From NCBI GenBank assembly GCA_017410365.1, contig JAFQQY010000049.1, positions 10,443 through 74,442 on the forward strand: 64,000 bases of DNA, given 5' to 3'. Below are positions 48,035 to 58,051 of the stretch, piece after piece; the stretch's first letter is position 1, and every line of letters starts with the position of its first letter. The notes under the pieces are model-generated. The model was not told where the DNA came from and searched no databases. It was given only the letters and a program-made list of their open reading frames with translations. The position numbers and the translations under genes are program-made. This DNA is from Prevotella sp. Its GTDB lineage: Bacteria; Bacteroidota; Bacteroidia; Bacteroidales; Bacteroidaceae.

Positions 48035-50005
48035 TTACGCGTCAATATTTGCGTAAGTGGCATTCTTCTCGATAAACTCGCGGCGTGGTTCTACGTCATC
48101 GCCCATCAGCATCGAGAATATCTCGTCGGCAGCTGCTGCGCTTTCTATTGTAACCTGCTTTAGCAGACGGTTCTCGGGATTCATGGTAGTTTCCCAAAGT
48201 TGTTCGGCGTTCATCTCACCAAGACCCTTATAGCGCTGTGTGTGCAGACCTTTGTCTTCGTCGTTGCCACCCACGTATTTGTCGATGAAGGATTGACGCT
48301 GCTGCTCAGTATAGCAGTACTCGCTCACCTTCTTGTAAGTGCACTTATAGAGTGGTGGAGTGGCAATGTACAGATGACCATCCTGAATAACTTTTGGCAT
48401 AAAGCGGTAGAACAATGTCATAATGAGCGTGTCGATGTGTGAACCATCGACGTCGGCGTCGGTCATTATGATAATCTTGTCGTAGCGCAACTTGTCGATG
48501 TTTGCCTCTTTGTCGCCCTCACCCTCAACGCCGAAACGCACTCCGATAGACTGGATAATATTCATCACAGACTCGGCTTCGAATACGCGATGCCATTGCA
48601 CCTTCTCAACGTTAAGAATCTTACCGCGCAGAGGAAGGATTGCCTGGAAGTGACGGTCGCGTCCCTGCTTGGCAGAACCGCCGGCCGAGTCTCCCTCGAC
48701 AAGGAATATCTCGCAATTCTTTGGATCCTTGTTTGAACAGTCGGCAAGCTTTCCTGGCAGTCCGCCGCCAGTCATCGGGTTCTTGCGCTGGACGCTTTCG
48801 CGAGCCTTGCGCGCTGCTATACGTGCTGTTGCTGCCAGTATAACCTTGTCGCAAATCTGCTTTGCCTCCTTTGGATGCTCTTCTAGGTAGTATGTCAGCG
48901 CTTCGCCTACAGCCTGCTGAACGGCACCTGCCACTTCGCTGTTACCCAGCTTTGTCTTTGTCTGTCCCTCAAACTGCGGTTCTGCCACCTTTATAGAAAT
49001 AACGGCAGTTAGACCTTCACGGAAGTCCTCGCCTGCAATCTCAATCTTTGCCTTTTCAATCTGCTTAGAGATTGTAGGGTCAGCATCGGCATACTTCTTC
49101 AGTGTACGGGTCAGTGCCATGCGGAAACCAACCAGATGTGTACCACCTTCTATGGTGTTGATGTTGTTCACGTAAGAGTGGATGTTTTCTGTATAGTCGG
49201 TGTTGTACATTACAGCTACTTCGATAGGCACTCCCTGCTTCTCTGTCTTCAGGTAGATTACATCGTCGAACAGATGGGTGCGGTGGCGGTCAACGTAGCG
49301 AACGAATTGCTTCAGACCCTCGCTGGCATGGAATACCTCTTCCTTGGTCTTACCTTCTTCGTCAGGGCGCATGTCTTTAAGCGTAATTGTGATGCCAGCA
49401 TTCAAGAACGCCAACTCGCGCATACGCTTTGCTATAATCTCGTACTTATATTCTGTAGTGGTGAATACGGTTGGGTCTGGCCAGAACTGCTGGCGTGTAC
49501 CGCGCTTGTCTGTTTCGCCTACCACTTTTACCGGATAGAGTGGCTTACCCTGTTCGTATTCTTGCTGATAAATCTTGCCGTCACGGAATACCTGTGAGAG
49601 CATCTTGTATGAAAGGGCGTTCACGCAGGATACACCGACACCGTGAAGACCACCAGAAACTTTGTATGAACCCTTGTCGAACTTACCTCCGGCATGCAAT
49701 ACGGTCATGACAACTTCAAGAGCCGATTTGTGCAGTTTCTCATGTTCGTCAACAGGGATACCGCGTCCGTTGTCTTGTACAGTGATTGAGTTGTCTTCGT
49801 TTATGGTAACCTCTATGTGCGTGCAATAGCCTGCCATTGCCTCGTCGATAGAGTTGTCTACGGTTTCGTTTACCAGATGGTGCAAACCCTTTTCGCTAAT
49901 GTCGCCAATGTACATTGCAGGGCGCTTGCGCACAGCCTCAAGCCCCTCGAGTACTTGAATGTTACTCGCGGAATAATTGCTTTCCTTGGTTATGTCTTCT
50001 GCCAT
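48035..50005 (-). CDS. gyrB: DNA gyrase subunit B
   Basis: GLEAVRKRPAMYIG, SGGLHGVGVS, VEGDSAGGSAK, MTDADVDG, QRYKGLGEMN. Confidence 0.98.
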   Translation of the reverse strand: MAEDITKESNYSASNIQVLEGLEAVRKRPAMYIGDISEKGLHHLVNETVDNSIDEAMAGYCTHIEVTINEDNSITVQDNGRGIPVDEHEKLHKSALEVVMTVLHAGGKFDKGSYKVSGGLHGVGVSCVNALSYKMLSQVFRDGKIYQQEYEQGKPLYPVKVVGETDKRGTRQQFWPDPTVFTTTEYKYEIIAKRMRELAFLNAGITITLKDMRPDEEGKTKEEVFHASEGLKQFVRYVDRHRTHLFDDVIYLKTEKQGVPIEVAVMYNTDYTENIHSYVNNINTIEGGTHLVGFRMALTRTLKKYADADPTISKQIEKAKIEIAGEDFREGLTAVISIKVAEPQFEGQTKTKLGNSEVAGAVQQAVGEALTYYLEEHPKEAKQICDKVILAATARIAARKARESVQRKNPMTGGGLPGKLADCSNKDPKNCEIFLVEGDSAGGSAKQGRDRHFQAILPLRGKILNVEKVQWHRVFEAESVMNIIQSIGVRFGVEGEGDKEANIDKLRYDKIIIMTDADVDGSHIDTLIMTLFYRFMPKVIQDGHLYIATPPLYKCTYKKVSEYCYTEQQRQSFIDKYVGGNDEDKGLHTQRYKGLGEMNAEQLWETTMNPENRLLKQVTIESAAAADEIFSMLMGDDVEPRREFIEKNATYANIDA

Positions 50006-50107
50006 AATAATTATTAATGACTAATGCTTAATTTTTAATTAATCGCTTTGCTTATAATATTGTGCAAAGATACAAAAAAAACTCCGTTTCACGAAATATT
50101 TATATGC

Positions 50108-50147
50108 AAAAAAAATAGAGACCAAAGTCACTGGACTTTGGTCTCTA
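50108..50147 (-). terminator. Intrinsic terminator after rpsT
   Basis: atagagaccaaagtc-actg-gactttggtctctat with the T tract on the minus strand. Confidence 0.8.
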
Positions 50148-50169
50148 TACTTATCTTGTTTTAATGTAA

Positions 50170-50424
50170 TTATCCCAACTTGTTGATGTGAATAGAAAGG
50201 CTAGACTTGATATTTGCAGCCTTGTTCTTGTGGATAACATTTGTCTTTGCCAACTTGTCCAGCATCTTCTGAACTGTTGGATACAACTTCGCAGCCTCGT
50301 CCTTATTTGTCAGCGCGCGCAACTTACGTACAGCGTTACGCATTGTCTTAGCGTAATATTTGTTGTGAAGCGTTCTTTTCTTCTCCTGACGGATACGCTT
50401 GATTGATGATTTGTGATTTGCCAT
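50170..50424 (-). CDS. rpsT: 30S ribosomal protein S20
   Basis: [21 protein letters not shown]. Confidence 0.97.
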   Translation of the reverse strand: MANHKSSIKRIRQEKKRTLHNKYYAKTMRNAVRKLRALTNKDEAAKLYPTVQKMLDKLAKTNVIHKNKAANIKSSLSIHINKLG

Positions 50425-50452
50425 CTTTAAATTTCTTCTTTTTTTAATTTAG

Positions 50453-50524
50453 TAGTCCCTAGGAGAGTCGAACTCCTCTTTAGAGAATGAAAATCTCTCG
50501 TCCTAACCGATAGACGAAGGGACC
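50453..50524 (-). tRNA. tRNA-Glu(TTC)
   Basis: GGTCCCT acceptor stem, AGAGA-TTTTCAT-TCTCT anticodon arm, GTTCGAC T-loop. Confidence 0.95.
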
Positions 50525-50639
50525 ATAGGTTCGTTTTGCGGGTGCAAAGTTATATCATTTATTTAATCCAGCAAAATTTTTCGATGAAAAAATTTAGTTT
50601 TTGTGTATTTTTTCTGTAAAAAGTGCTAACTTTGCCATT

Positions 50640-51359
50640 ATGTTGACAAAAACAGAGGCTATCGTATTGCATTCGTTCAAGTTGGGAGAGAACAAGATTG
50701 TGGTGGATTTATTCACCTTTTCTTGCGGTCGAATGACGGTTGTAGCCCCTATGTCTAAGTCGCCGAAGGCAAAAATCAAGAAACAGGTGTTTCAGCCATT
50801 GGCTATTCTGGAAATCACGGCTGATGTAAGAAAGTCAAATATGCCGAAGTTGACTGATGCCCGCATTCTGCATCCCTTTTCATCCATTCCGTTTGAACCT
50901 TACAAATTGTCTATTTCACTTTTTGTGGCAGAGTTTCTTTATCGTTCTCTGAGGGTGCAGCAGCAAGATGAACCATTGTTTGGGTATGTGCGCAACAGTA
51001 TCTTATGGCTAGATAGTTGTGAGCTTCATTATTCCAATTTCCATCTTGTGTTTACTATGCGTTTGAGTCGCTTTCTTGGTTTCTATCCTAATCTTGACGA
51101 TTATGTACCTGGTTGCTTTTTCGATTTGCGTGCCGGTGGGTTTACGTCTTTGACGCCCTTGCATCGTGATTTCCTGCAACCTCAGGATGCATCTCTTATT
51201 GGTCTGATGATGCGTATGGACTTTTTCAATATGCATCTGTTCCGATTCTCACGCGACGACCGCAACAGGCTTATTGATGTCGTGCTTCATTACTATAGTT
51301 TGCATCTACCAGATTTCCCAGAACTGAAGTCGCTCAGTGTGCTGCGCGAATTGTTTTGA
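50640..51359 (+). CDS. recO: DNA repair protein RecO
   Basis: MLTKTEAIVLHS..FQPLAILEI..LSRFLGFYP..LKSLSVLRELF. Confidence 0.9.
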   Translation: MLTKTEAIVLHSFKLGENKIVVDLFTFSCGRMTVVAPMSKSPKAKIKKQVFQPLAILEITADVRKSNMPKLTDARILHPFSSIPFEPYKLSISLFVAEFLYRSLRVQQQDEPLFGYVRNSILWLDSCELHYSNFHLVFTMRLSRFLGFYPNLDDYVPGCFFDLRAGGFTSLTPLHRDFLQPQDASLIGLMMRMDFFNMHLFRFSRDDRNRLIDVVLHYYSLHLPDFPELKSLSVLRELF

Positions 51360-51367
51360 TAAATACA

Positions 51368-51436
51368 ACATCTGCACCAATCTACATGATGCCTTTCTTG
51401 TTGGTATCTAACTTGTTATGTAGATGGTGCAGATGT
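51368..51436. repeat. Long inverted repeat between convergent recO and yqeY (terminator or REP-like)
   Basis: acatctgcaccaatctacat / atgtagatggtgcagatgt. Confidence 0.65.
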
Positions 51437-51468
51437 GCATTCCTCATGAATAAATCATGAAATGTTTA

Positions 51469-51918
51469 TTATGCCAATAAACGCTTTACGGCATCTGAAA
51501 TAGCCTTACCGTCAGCTTTGCCTGCAAGTTGCTTGCTTGCTACGCCCATTACCTTGCCCATTTCCTTGATGCTAGAAGCGCCAGTCTGAGCAATGATTTC
51601 TTTAACAGCAACCTCTATTTCTTCTACAGACATTGGCTGTGGCAGATAACTCTCGATTACCTTTACCTGAGCCAACTCTGCATCAGCTAGGTCCTGACGG
51701 TTCTGGGCTACATACAGGTCGGCAGCATCGTGTCCTTGCTTTGCCAGTTTCTGCAGAATCTTCATTGCAGTAGCATCGTCAAGTTCGTCGTTAGAACCTG
51801 GCGCTGTCTTTGCCTCGATAAATACTTTCTTTATGTTGCGCAGTGCCTCAAGAGCAACCTTGTCTTTGGCTTTCATTGCAGCAACGATATCTTTGCTTAC
51901 TTGTTCAAATAGTGCCAT
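51469..51918 (-). CDS. GatB/YqeY domain protein
   Basis: AMKAKDKVALEALR..YLPQPMS..KEMGKVMG..GKADGK. Confidence 0.92.
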   Translation of the reverse strand: MALFEQVSKDIVAAMKAKDKVALEALRNIKKVFIEAKTAPGSNDELDDATAMKILQKLAKQGHDAADLYVAQNRQDLADAELAQVKVIESYLPQPMSVEEIEVAVKEIIAQTGASSIKEMGKVMGVASKQLAGKADGKAISDAVKRLLA

Positions 51919-51937
51919 GTTTTTTATATTATAATGT

Positions 51938-53272
51938 TTATGAGAATATTATTGTGCCAAGTGTTTCTTCGTTGGATGGTGTCTCATTTTCTGTCACAAC
52001 GTCGTTGCGCATGGTCTGACTCTTAATGCTGTCAAGTATCTCACGTGTGCGCTTGTACGTTGGAGTAGATTCAACGGCAGATATTACATCGTCGTTGTCA
52101 AGGTCCTCAGGACGGAACATATAGATGTGTGGGCGACGCTTGTAGCGACGATTCTGGCCAGGATTGCCGTAGTAGCGGTCGCGGCGCTCTTCTTTTGCTG
52201 CTACCTTTTCCTGTTCTTCTGCAATGCGGTTGGCTTCTTCCTGAGTATGTTTCTTTATGCGCTCTTGCATGCCGTCAACCTTGCTGATGCCGAAACCGGT
52301 AGCAAGGATAGTTACCTTTACTTTCTTGCCTAGTTCAGGGTCGATGGCAACACCCCATTTGATTTCAAAGTCCCCGAACTTGTCCATGAAGTCGTGAACA
52401 TAGTTCATCTCTTCCATCATGAAGTTGTCCTTGCCGCCCTTTTCTTCGTTGAATGCAATAGAGAGCAGAATCTTTTTAGAGTTGAACACGTCGTTCTCAT
52501 TGAGCAATGGTGAGTTGAGAGCATCGTCGATAGCCTTCTTCACACGGTCTTCGCCTTCACCGTAGCCGGTAGACATTATGGCAACGCCACCATCTTGTAA
52601 TACGGTTTTGACATCGTTGAAGTCAAGGTTGATGACACCGTGGACGGTGATAATCTCTGCAATAGAACGTGCGGCAATGCTAAGAGTGTCGTCGGCCTTT
52701 CCAAAGGCAGCCATCAGCGACAGGTCAGGGTATATCTCGCGCAGACGCTCATTGTTTATTACTAGCAGAGCGTCGACATGCTTTGACATCTCTTCTACGC
52801 CATCGAGAGCCTGGTCAATCTTCTTGGGGCCTTCAAAGCGGAAAGGTATGGTTACAATGCCCACTGTGAGAATGCCCATTTCCTTGGAAACGCGTGCAAT
52901 GACAGGGGCCGCACCGGTACCAGTACCGCCACCCATTCCGGCTGTGATGAATGCCATTCGGGTGCCGTCGTTAAGCATGTTCTTGATATCGTCAAGACTT
53001 TCTTCGGCAGCTTGGCGTGCCTTTTCCGGCTTGTTGCCGGCACCGAGTCCTTCTTTGCCCAGTTGTAGATGAACAGGCACAGGTGAGTCGTTGAGCGCCT
53101 GATTGTCAGTGTTACATAGCACGAAGGTAACGTCGTGTATTCCTTCGCGATACATGTGGTTTACAGCGTTGCCGCCGCCACCTCCAACACCAATCACTTT
53201 GATTATGCAGTTGTTCTTTTCTGGTTCGCCGAAGTCCAGAATATCTGTCATATTATTATAGTTGTCAGCCAT
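51938..53272 (-). CDS. ftsZ: Cell division protein FtsZ
   Basis: GVGGGGGNAV, GMGGGTGTG, INLDFNDV. Confidence 0.98.
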   Translation of the reverse strand: MADNYNNMTDILDFGEPEKNNCIIKVIGVGGGGGNAVNHMYREGIHDVTFVLCNTDNQALNDSPVPVHLQLGKEGLGAGNKPEKARQAAEESLDDIKNMLNDGTRMAFITAGMGGGTGTGAAPVIARVSKEMGILTVGIVTIPFRFEGPKKIDQALDGVEEMSKHVDALLVINNERLREIYPDLSLMAAFGKADDTLSIAARSIAEIITVHGVINLDFNDVKTVLQDGGVAIMSTGYGEGEDRVKKAIDDALNSPLLNENDVFNSKKILLSIAFNEEKGGKDNFMMEEMNYVHDFMDKFGDFEIKWGVAIDPELGKKVKVTILATGFGISKVDGMQERIKKHTQEEANRIAEEQEKVAAKEERRDRYYGNPGQNRRYKRRPHIYMFRPEDLDNDDVISAVESTPTYKRTREILDSIKSQTMRNDVVTENETPSNEETLGTIIFS

Positions 53273-53299
53273 ACTTATTTTCTCCCTTGATTAAATGGT

Positions 53300-54745
53300 T
53301 TACTCATCTTCAGATGTAATCTTTTGAGTGAAGTTTATCAGTCCCTTCTTGAACTTGTTCCAAGTGCTGTTTTCTTTTCTCAGGCGTTCTGCCTCAGCCT
53401 CTTCTTCCTTACGTTTCTCTTCAGCTATGCGATCTTCTTCTTCCTTCTTCTTGCGTGCCTCTTCTTCTTCCTTCTTCTTCTGCTCCATTGTCCTTACGCT
53501 GCCGCCGTCTGTTATTACATCGTTCTGACGCATTGGGCGTTCAGGTGTAAACGCATTGTTATTATTGTCGAAGAGATTACCGTTAGGATCAACATCGTTG
53601 CCGGCACAGTTGATGTCTCCCTTTGCCAGCAGTCCGAGCACTGTGTTCATTGTGCCATCTTTTGCATTGATGTCGCTGTTATTCGACTGTATGGTCTGTG
53701 TAACGAACTTTGCAATGCGTATCTTGTCAATGTTGATGTGGTTTTTGAATGCCTTTTCTATATTCTTCATGTTGGCTCCACCGCCAGTGAGTATGATACC
53801 GCCAAGCAGTTTGTCGGAGTATTCGGTAGGTATCTGATACCAAACATTATGAATAATCTCTTCAAGACGTCCTTCGACAATTTCTATGAACTTGCGGCTC
53901 TCAACCTGTCGTTCCGCATCTATAGGCAACATCAGAGAGTTGTCAATCTCATTGTTGTCTGTATAGGCGCAACCGTATTTGAGTTTCATATTCTCGGCAT
54001 CGCTCTCTTCCATGTTCAATGAGGCGATGTCTTTTGTAATGTTGTTGCTTCCCAATGGGATAACGGCAAGATGGCGCAGGATGTTCTTGCTATATACAGA
54101 GACGGTTGTTGTATCGGCACCGATGTCCACCAATGCACAGCCTGAGCGCTTCTCTGCTTCTGTAAGCACGCTATCGGCAAGAGCGAGTGGTGCAAGATAC
54201 ATGCCGGCAACGTTGATTCTGGCAGTAGCAAAACACTCGTTGAGGTTCTTGTAGAACTTCATGCGCTGCAATATGTTGAGGAAATTGCCCTCAAGGCGTG
54301 AGCACTGTATGCCTACAGGGTCAAGTTGCAGTTGTGAGTCGACCTTAAACTCCTGAGTGGCAACATCGAGTATCTCTTGATCGGCGTATTCCTTGTTGCG
54401 GTTTTCGTCCATCAGTTCGATAATCATGTCCTGAGTTACTTTTGTGTCAGATGGCAGGTTAAGCTCTATCTCGTTCTTGGAACTGCGTATAGACTGGCCT
54501 CCTACACCGACAAATACTTTTGTAATCTCTGTGTGCAGTTGTGCCTTCAGTTTGTTGATGATGTTGCTTAGACAAATTGCCGTCTTGTCAATATTGTTCA
54601 CAACACCTTTACGAATACATGAGGAAGAACTCTCTTTTGCTACAGCCAACACTTTGATGCTGCCGTCGAGGTTCTTCTGCCCGGCTATACCGATAACTTT
54701 TGATGAACCGAGCTCAATTGCTACGATAAATTCCTTTGCTGCCAT
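53300..54745 (-). CDS. ftsA: Cell division protein FtsA
   Basis: IELGSSK, VDIGADTT, IILTGGGA. Confidence 0.95.
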   Translation of the reverse strand: MAAKEFIVAIELGSSKVIGIAGQKNLDGSIKVLAVAKESSSSCIRKGVVNNIDKTAICLSNIINKLKAQLHTEITKVFVGVGGQSIRSSKNEIELNLPSDTKVTQDMIIELMDENRNKEYADQEILDVATQEFKVDSQLQLDPVGIQCSRLEGNFLNILQRMKFYKNLNECFATARINVAGMYLAPLALADSVLTEAEKRSGCALVDIGADTTTVSVYSKNILRHLAVIPLGSNNITKDIASLNMEESDAENMKLKYGCAYTDNNEIDNSLMLPIDAERQVESRKFIEIVEGRLEEIIHNVWYQIPTEYSDKLLGGIILTGGGANMKNIEKAFKNHINIDKIRIAKFVTQTIQSNNSDINAKDGTMNTVLGLLAKGDINCAGNDVDPNGNLFDNNNNAFTPERPMRQNDVITDGGSVRTMEQKKKEEEEARKKKEEEDRIAEEKRKEEEAEAERLRKENSTWNKFKKGLINFTQKITSEDE

Positions 54746-54746
54746 C

Positions 54747-55508
54747 TTATATTGTCTTTTTATTTTGTTTCTTTCTGCAAATTATCTGATTGTCAAACTC
54801 AATGTTTATGTAAGAGTATCTGTTCCATCCGGCTTGGCTTAGTCCGTATTTGTAGAACTGTTCAAGTCGTTTCAGTTTGTGCTCGTAGCCTATCGGCTTG
54901 CCGAGATAGATGATATGTTCGCCCACTCTTGGCACTATTTCTATTTCGTTGCCAGACAGTATGTTAAGTTGCACTATTTGGTTGTGCCAGAACTTGTCGT
55001 GTAGTATATAGTTGGCAAATTCTCTTAACTGGTTCTGGGCGAATCTCTTAGAAATATTGCCTGTGGCAATTATCATGTTCGATGTGTATTTGTTTGCTGC
55101 AAGTATGCTTCCTTTGCTGTCAACATAGTAGTTGTCGCCGTTTTCTGCCATTATTCTTATCACAGGCATTTTCTGTGAAAGGTTTATGACAACGCTTCCG
55201 CCTTGTGTCTTGTAGCATTCCACATTCTCTATATATGGATTCTTTTCGATAGTCTCTTCTATCTTTCTGATGTCGATATTGCTCATCTGTTGTGCCAACG
55301 GAAAGATGCCATTGTGCTTGAGGATATTCTTTATCTCTTCTTCACAAAGAAAGCCTTCAACGATACTCTCGTTGAACTGTATCTTTATGTCGTTGCACAC
55401 ATCATTGCTCTCGTCGGGCTTGTTGAAAGCCGTGATAGCCATCACCAGATATGCAGCAAGTGCTATATCTAGCAAGATTATAAGAGGTTTCTTCCAGTTT
55501 ATTGACAT
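54747..55508 (-). CDS. ftsQ: Cell division protein FtsQ
   Basis: N-terminal TM and POTRA-like region; lies between murC and ftsA. Confidence 0.85.
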   Translation of the reverse strand: MSINWKKPLIILLDIALAAYLVMAITAFNKPDESNDVCNDIKIQFNESIVEGFLCEEEIKNILKHNGIFPLAQQMSNIDIRKIEETIEKNPYIENVECYKTQGGSVVINLSQKMPVIRIMAENGDNYYVDSKGSILAANKYTSNMIIATGNISKRFAQNQLREFANYILHDKFWHNQIVQLNILSGNEIEIVPRVGEHIIYLGKPIGYEHKLKRLEQFYKYGLSQAGWNRYSYINIEFDNQIICRKKQNKKTI

Positions 55509-56878
55509 CTTTTTTGCAGTATCTTTGTTATTTGTGGAACATAACTGTCTAAGTCTCCAGCACCCAATATTACGAGCACGTCGAAATCGCGGTTCTTAAT
55601 GTAGTCTATCACATTGTCTTTGTTAATCATTTCGCGCTTGACACCTGGTTGCAGATTGTCGAAAATGAGTTGGGAAGTTACTCCTTCTATCGGCAGTTCG
55701 CGTGCTGGATAGATTTCGCATAGCACCACCTCGTCAACCAGACTTAGACTATCAGCAAATTCTTTATAGAAATCGCGTGTGCGAGTATACAGGTGCGGTT
55801 GGAAGATAACAGTAATCTGCCTGTCTTTGTACAGTTCGCGTATGCTTTTCGCACTATGGTAGATTTCGTTGGGGTGGTGGGCATAGTCGCTCAACAGCAC
55901 AAGGTTGTCTGTTTTTATCTTGAAGTCGAATCTTCGGTCAACCCCTTTATATGTGCTCATTCCATATTTCAGTTCTTCGGCGTTGCATCCGCTAAGTTGT
56001 GCCATAGCCATGGCTGCCACACCATTTTCTATATTGATTGGTATTGGATGTCCAAGCTTTACGTTTGGTACATTCTCAATTGGTGAAATGAAATCAAATA
56101 CAATCTCCCCGTTGCCAATTCTTATGTTTTCTGCGTGGAAGTCGCCTTCGTCCAGACTATATTCGTAGCATCGTACACCATCTTGCAGATTGGCCTTCAT
56201 CTCTAAATCCTTGTGTATGATTAGGGCGCCACCAGGCATAATCAGTGAAGAATATTTACGGAAACTTTCAAGATATGCTTCTTTGGTTCCGTAAATATCC
56301 AGATGGTCAGGGTCTGTAGATGTTATGATGCTAATCCAAGGTGTTAGCCAATGGAAAGAGCGGTCAAATTCATCGGCTTCTATCACAACATAGTCGCTGT
56401 CGCTAAGTATGCAGTTGGTTGCATAGTTCTTAGATATTCCGCCAAGGAAAGCATTGCAGTCCAAATGGCTCTGGTGCATGATGTGAGCACACATGGTTGA
56501 TGTCGATGTCTTGCCGTGTGTACCGGCAACGCAAAGACCTTTATGTGCGCGGGTTAATGTTCCTAGAACTTGTGCGCGTTTCTGTATTTCAAAACCGTTT
56601 TCACGGAAGTATACCAGTTCTTTGTGATCAGCTGGAACAGCAGGTGTATAAACCACCAAGCACGACTTGTTGTCGCGACAAGCGTGTGGAATCATATTGA
56701 TGTTCTCTTCATAGTGTATCAGCATGCCCTCATGCTCAAGTTGTTTTGTAAGTGCAGAGGGTGTCTTGTCATATCCTGCAACAACCTGGCCGTGGCTAAT
56801 GAAAAAGCGGGCAATGGCACTCATGCCAATACCGCCAGCACCTACGAAATAAACAGATTTTATATCTTTAAGTTCCAT
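55499..56878 (-). CDS. murC: UDP-N-acetylmuramate--L-alanine ligase
   Basis: GAGGIGMSA, AGTHGKTST, EADEFDRSF, DYAHHP. Confidence 0.97.
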   Translation of the reverse strand: MELKDIKSVYFVGAGGIGMSAIARFFISHGQVVAGYDKTPSALTKQLEHEGMLIHYEENINMIPHACRDNKSCLVVYTPAVPADHKELVYFRENGFEIQKRAQVLGTLTRAHKGLCVAGTHGKTSTSTMCAHIMHQSHLDCNAFLGGISKNYATNCILSDSDYVVIEADEFDRSFHWLTPWISIITSTDPDHLDIYGTKEAYLESFRKYSSLIMPGGALIIHKDLEMKANLQDGVRCYEYSLDEGDFHAENIRIGNGEIVFDFISPIENVPNVKLGHPIPINIENGVAAMAMAQLSGCNAEELKYGMSTYKGVDRRFDFKIKTDNLVLLSDYAHHPNEIYHSAKSIRELYKDRQITVIFQPHLYTRTRDFYKEFADSLSLVDEVVLCEIYPARELPIEGVTSQLIFDNLQPGVKREMINKDNVIDYIKNRDFDVLVILGAGDLDSYVPQITKILQKRCQ

Positions 56879-56882
56879 TTTA

Positions 56883-57989
56883 TTATTTTCTTATCATCTT
56901 AATGACCTCTTTCGCTATTATATCTGCAGAGTCTGGCAATGCCAGCTTCAGAATATTTTTACTGAGGTTCTTCAGTTTGTCATCGTCTTTAATTAGTTTT
57001 ATTGCTTGTTCAAGCAGACAGTCTGGTGCATCGCTGTCCTTTACATAGATGGCAGCCTGCTTGTTGACCAGAGCCATGGCATTCTTTGTCTGATGGTCTT
57101 CTGCGACATTAGGACTTGGTACTAATATCACAGGTTTGCCAATAAGGCAAAATTCGGATATGCTGCTGGCCCCGGCACGACTGATAACTAGATCGGCAGC
57201 AGTATATGCAGCACCCATGTCACTGATAAAATCGGTAACGATAAGGTTGCTTGGCAGCTTGCCTTTTAGTTCTTCTGTTATTTGTTTGTTGTAATACTTG
57301 CCTGTTTGCCAAATGAACTGTATGTCTTTCTGGTCAACTAAGTCCAGATGGTGGAGTATGCTATCGTTGATGGTTTTAGCACCGAGGCTTCCTCCAACGA
57401 GTAGAATTGTCTTCTTGTCAGGGTCAAGGCCGAAAGTCTTTGTCGCTTCAGCCTTAGACATTTTTGTATTCAGCAAAGCCTGTCTTACAGGGTTGCCTGT
57501 CTTTATTATTTTCTCGGCAGGGAAGAATCGTTCCATACCGTCGTAGGCAACACATATCTTTTCTGCTTTCTTTGCCAGCAACTTGTTTGTGACGCCAGCA
57601 TAAGAATTCTGCTCTTGTATCAGGCATGGAATACCCATTTTTGCAGCTTGGTTCAGCATAGGGCCGCTAGCATATCCGCCAACGCCAACAGCAGCCATAG
57701 GCTTGAATTCTTCAATCAGTTTCTTTGCCATTCGCTGGCTTTTCCATATCTTGAATAGAACCTTTATGTTCTTCAGCAGGTTCTTACGGTCGAAACCGCA
57801 TATAGGCAGGCCGACAATCTTATACCCTGCGGCAGGAACACGTTGCATCTCCATGCGTCCTAATGCTCCAACGAAAAGTATTTCAGCCTCTGGGTGCAAT
57901 GCTTTTATTGCGTTTGCAATAGAGATGGCGGGGAATATATGGCCGCCAGTGCCACCACCGCTAATAACTATTCTCATCTTATCGTCCAT
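56883..57989 (-). CDS. murG: MurG glycosyltransferase
   Basis: GGGTGGHIFP, GGYASGP, GGSLGA, SRAGA. Confidence 0.97.
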   Translation of the reverse strand: MDDKMRIVISGGGTGGHIFPAISIANAIKALHPEAEILFVGALGRMEMQRVPAAGYKIVGLPICGFDRKNLLKNIKVLFKIWKSQRMAKKLIEEFKPMAAVGVGGYASGPMLNQAAKMGIPCLIQEQNSYAGVTNKLLAKKAEKICVAYDGMERFFPAEKIIKTGNPVRQALLNTKMSKAEATKTFGLDPDKKTILLVGGSLGAKTINDSILHHLDLVDQKDIQFIWQTGKYYNKQITEELKGKLPSNLIVTDFISDMGAAYTAADLVISRAGASSISEFCLIGKPVILVPSPNVAEDHQTKNAMALVNKQAAIYVKDSDAPDCLLEQAIKLIKDDDKLKNLSKNILKLALPDSADIIAKEVIKMIRK

Positions 57990-58051
57990 ACCTTATTATA
58001 TATAAGTAATGCAAAATTACAAATTTTCTCTTGTTTCTGCTAATAAATCAA

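Noticed and set aside
50453-50524. tRNA-Glu as an integration site
   Set aside because: Flanked directly by rpsT and recO with no foreign DNA or duplication.
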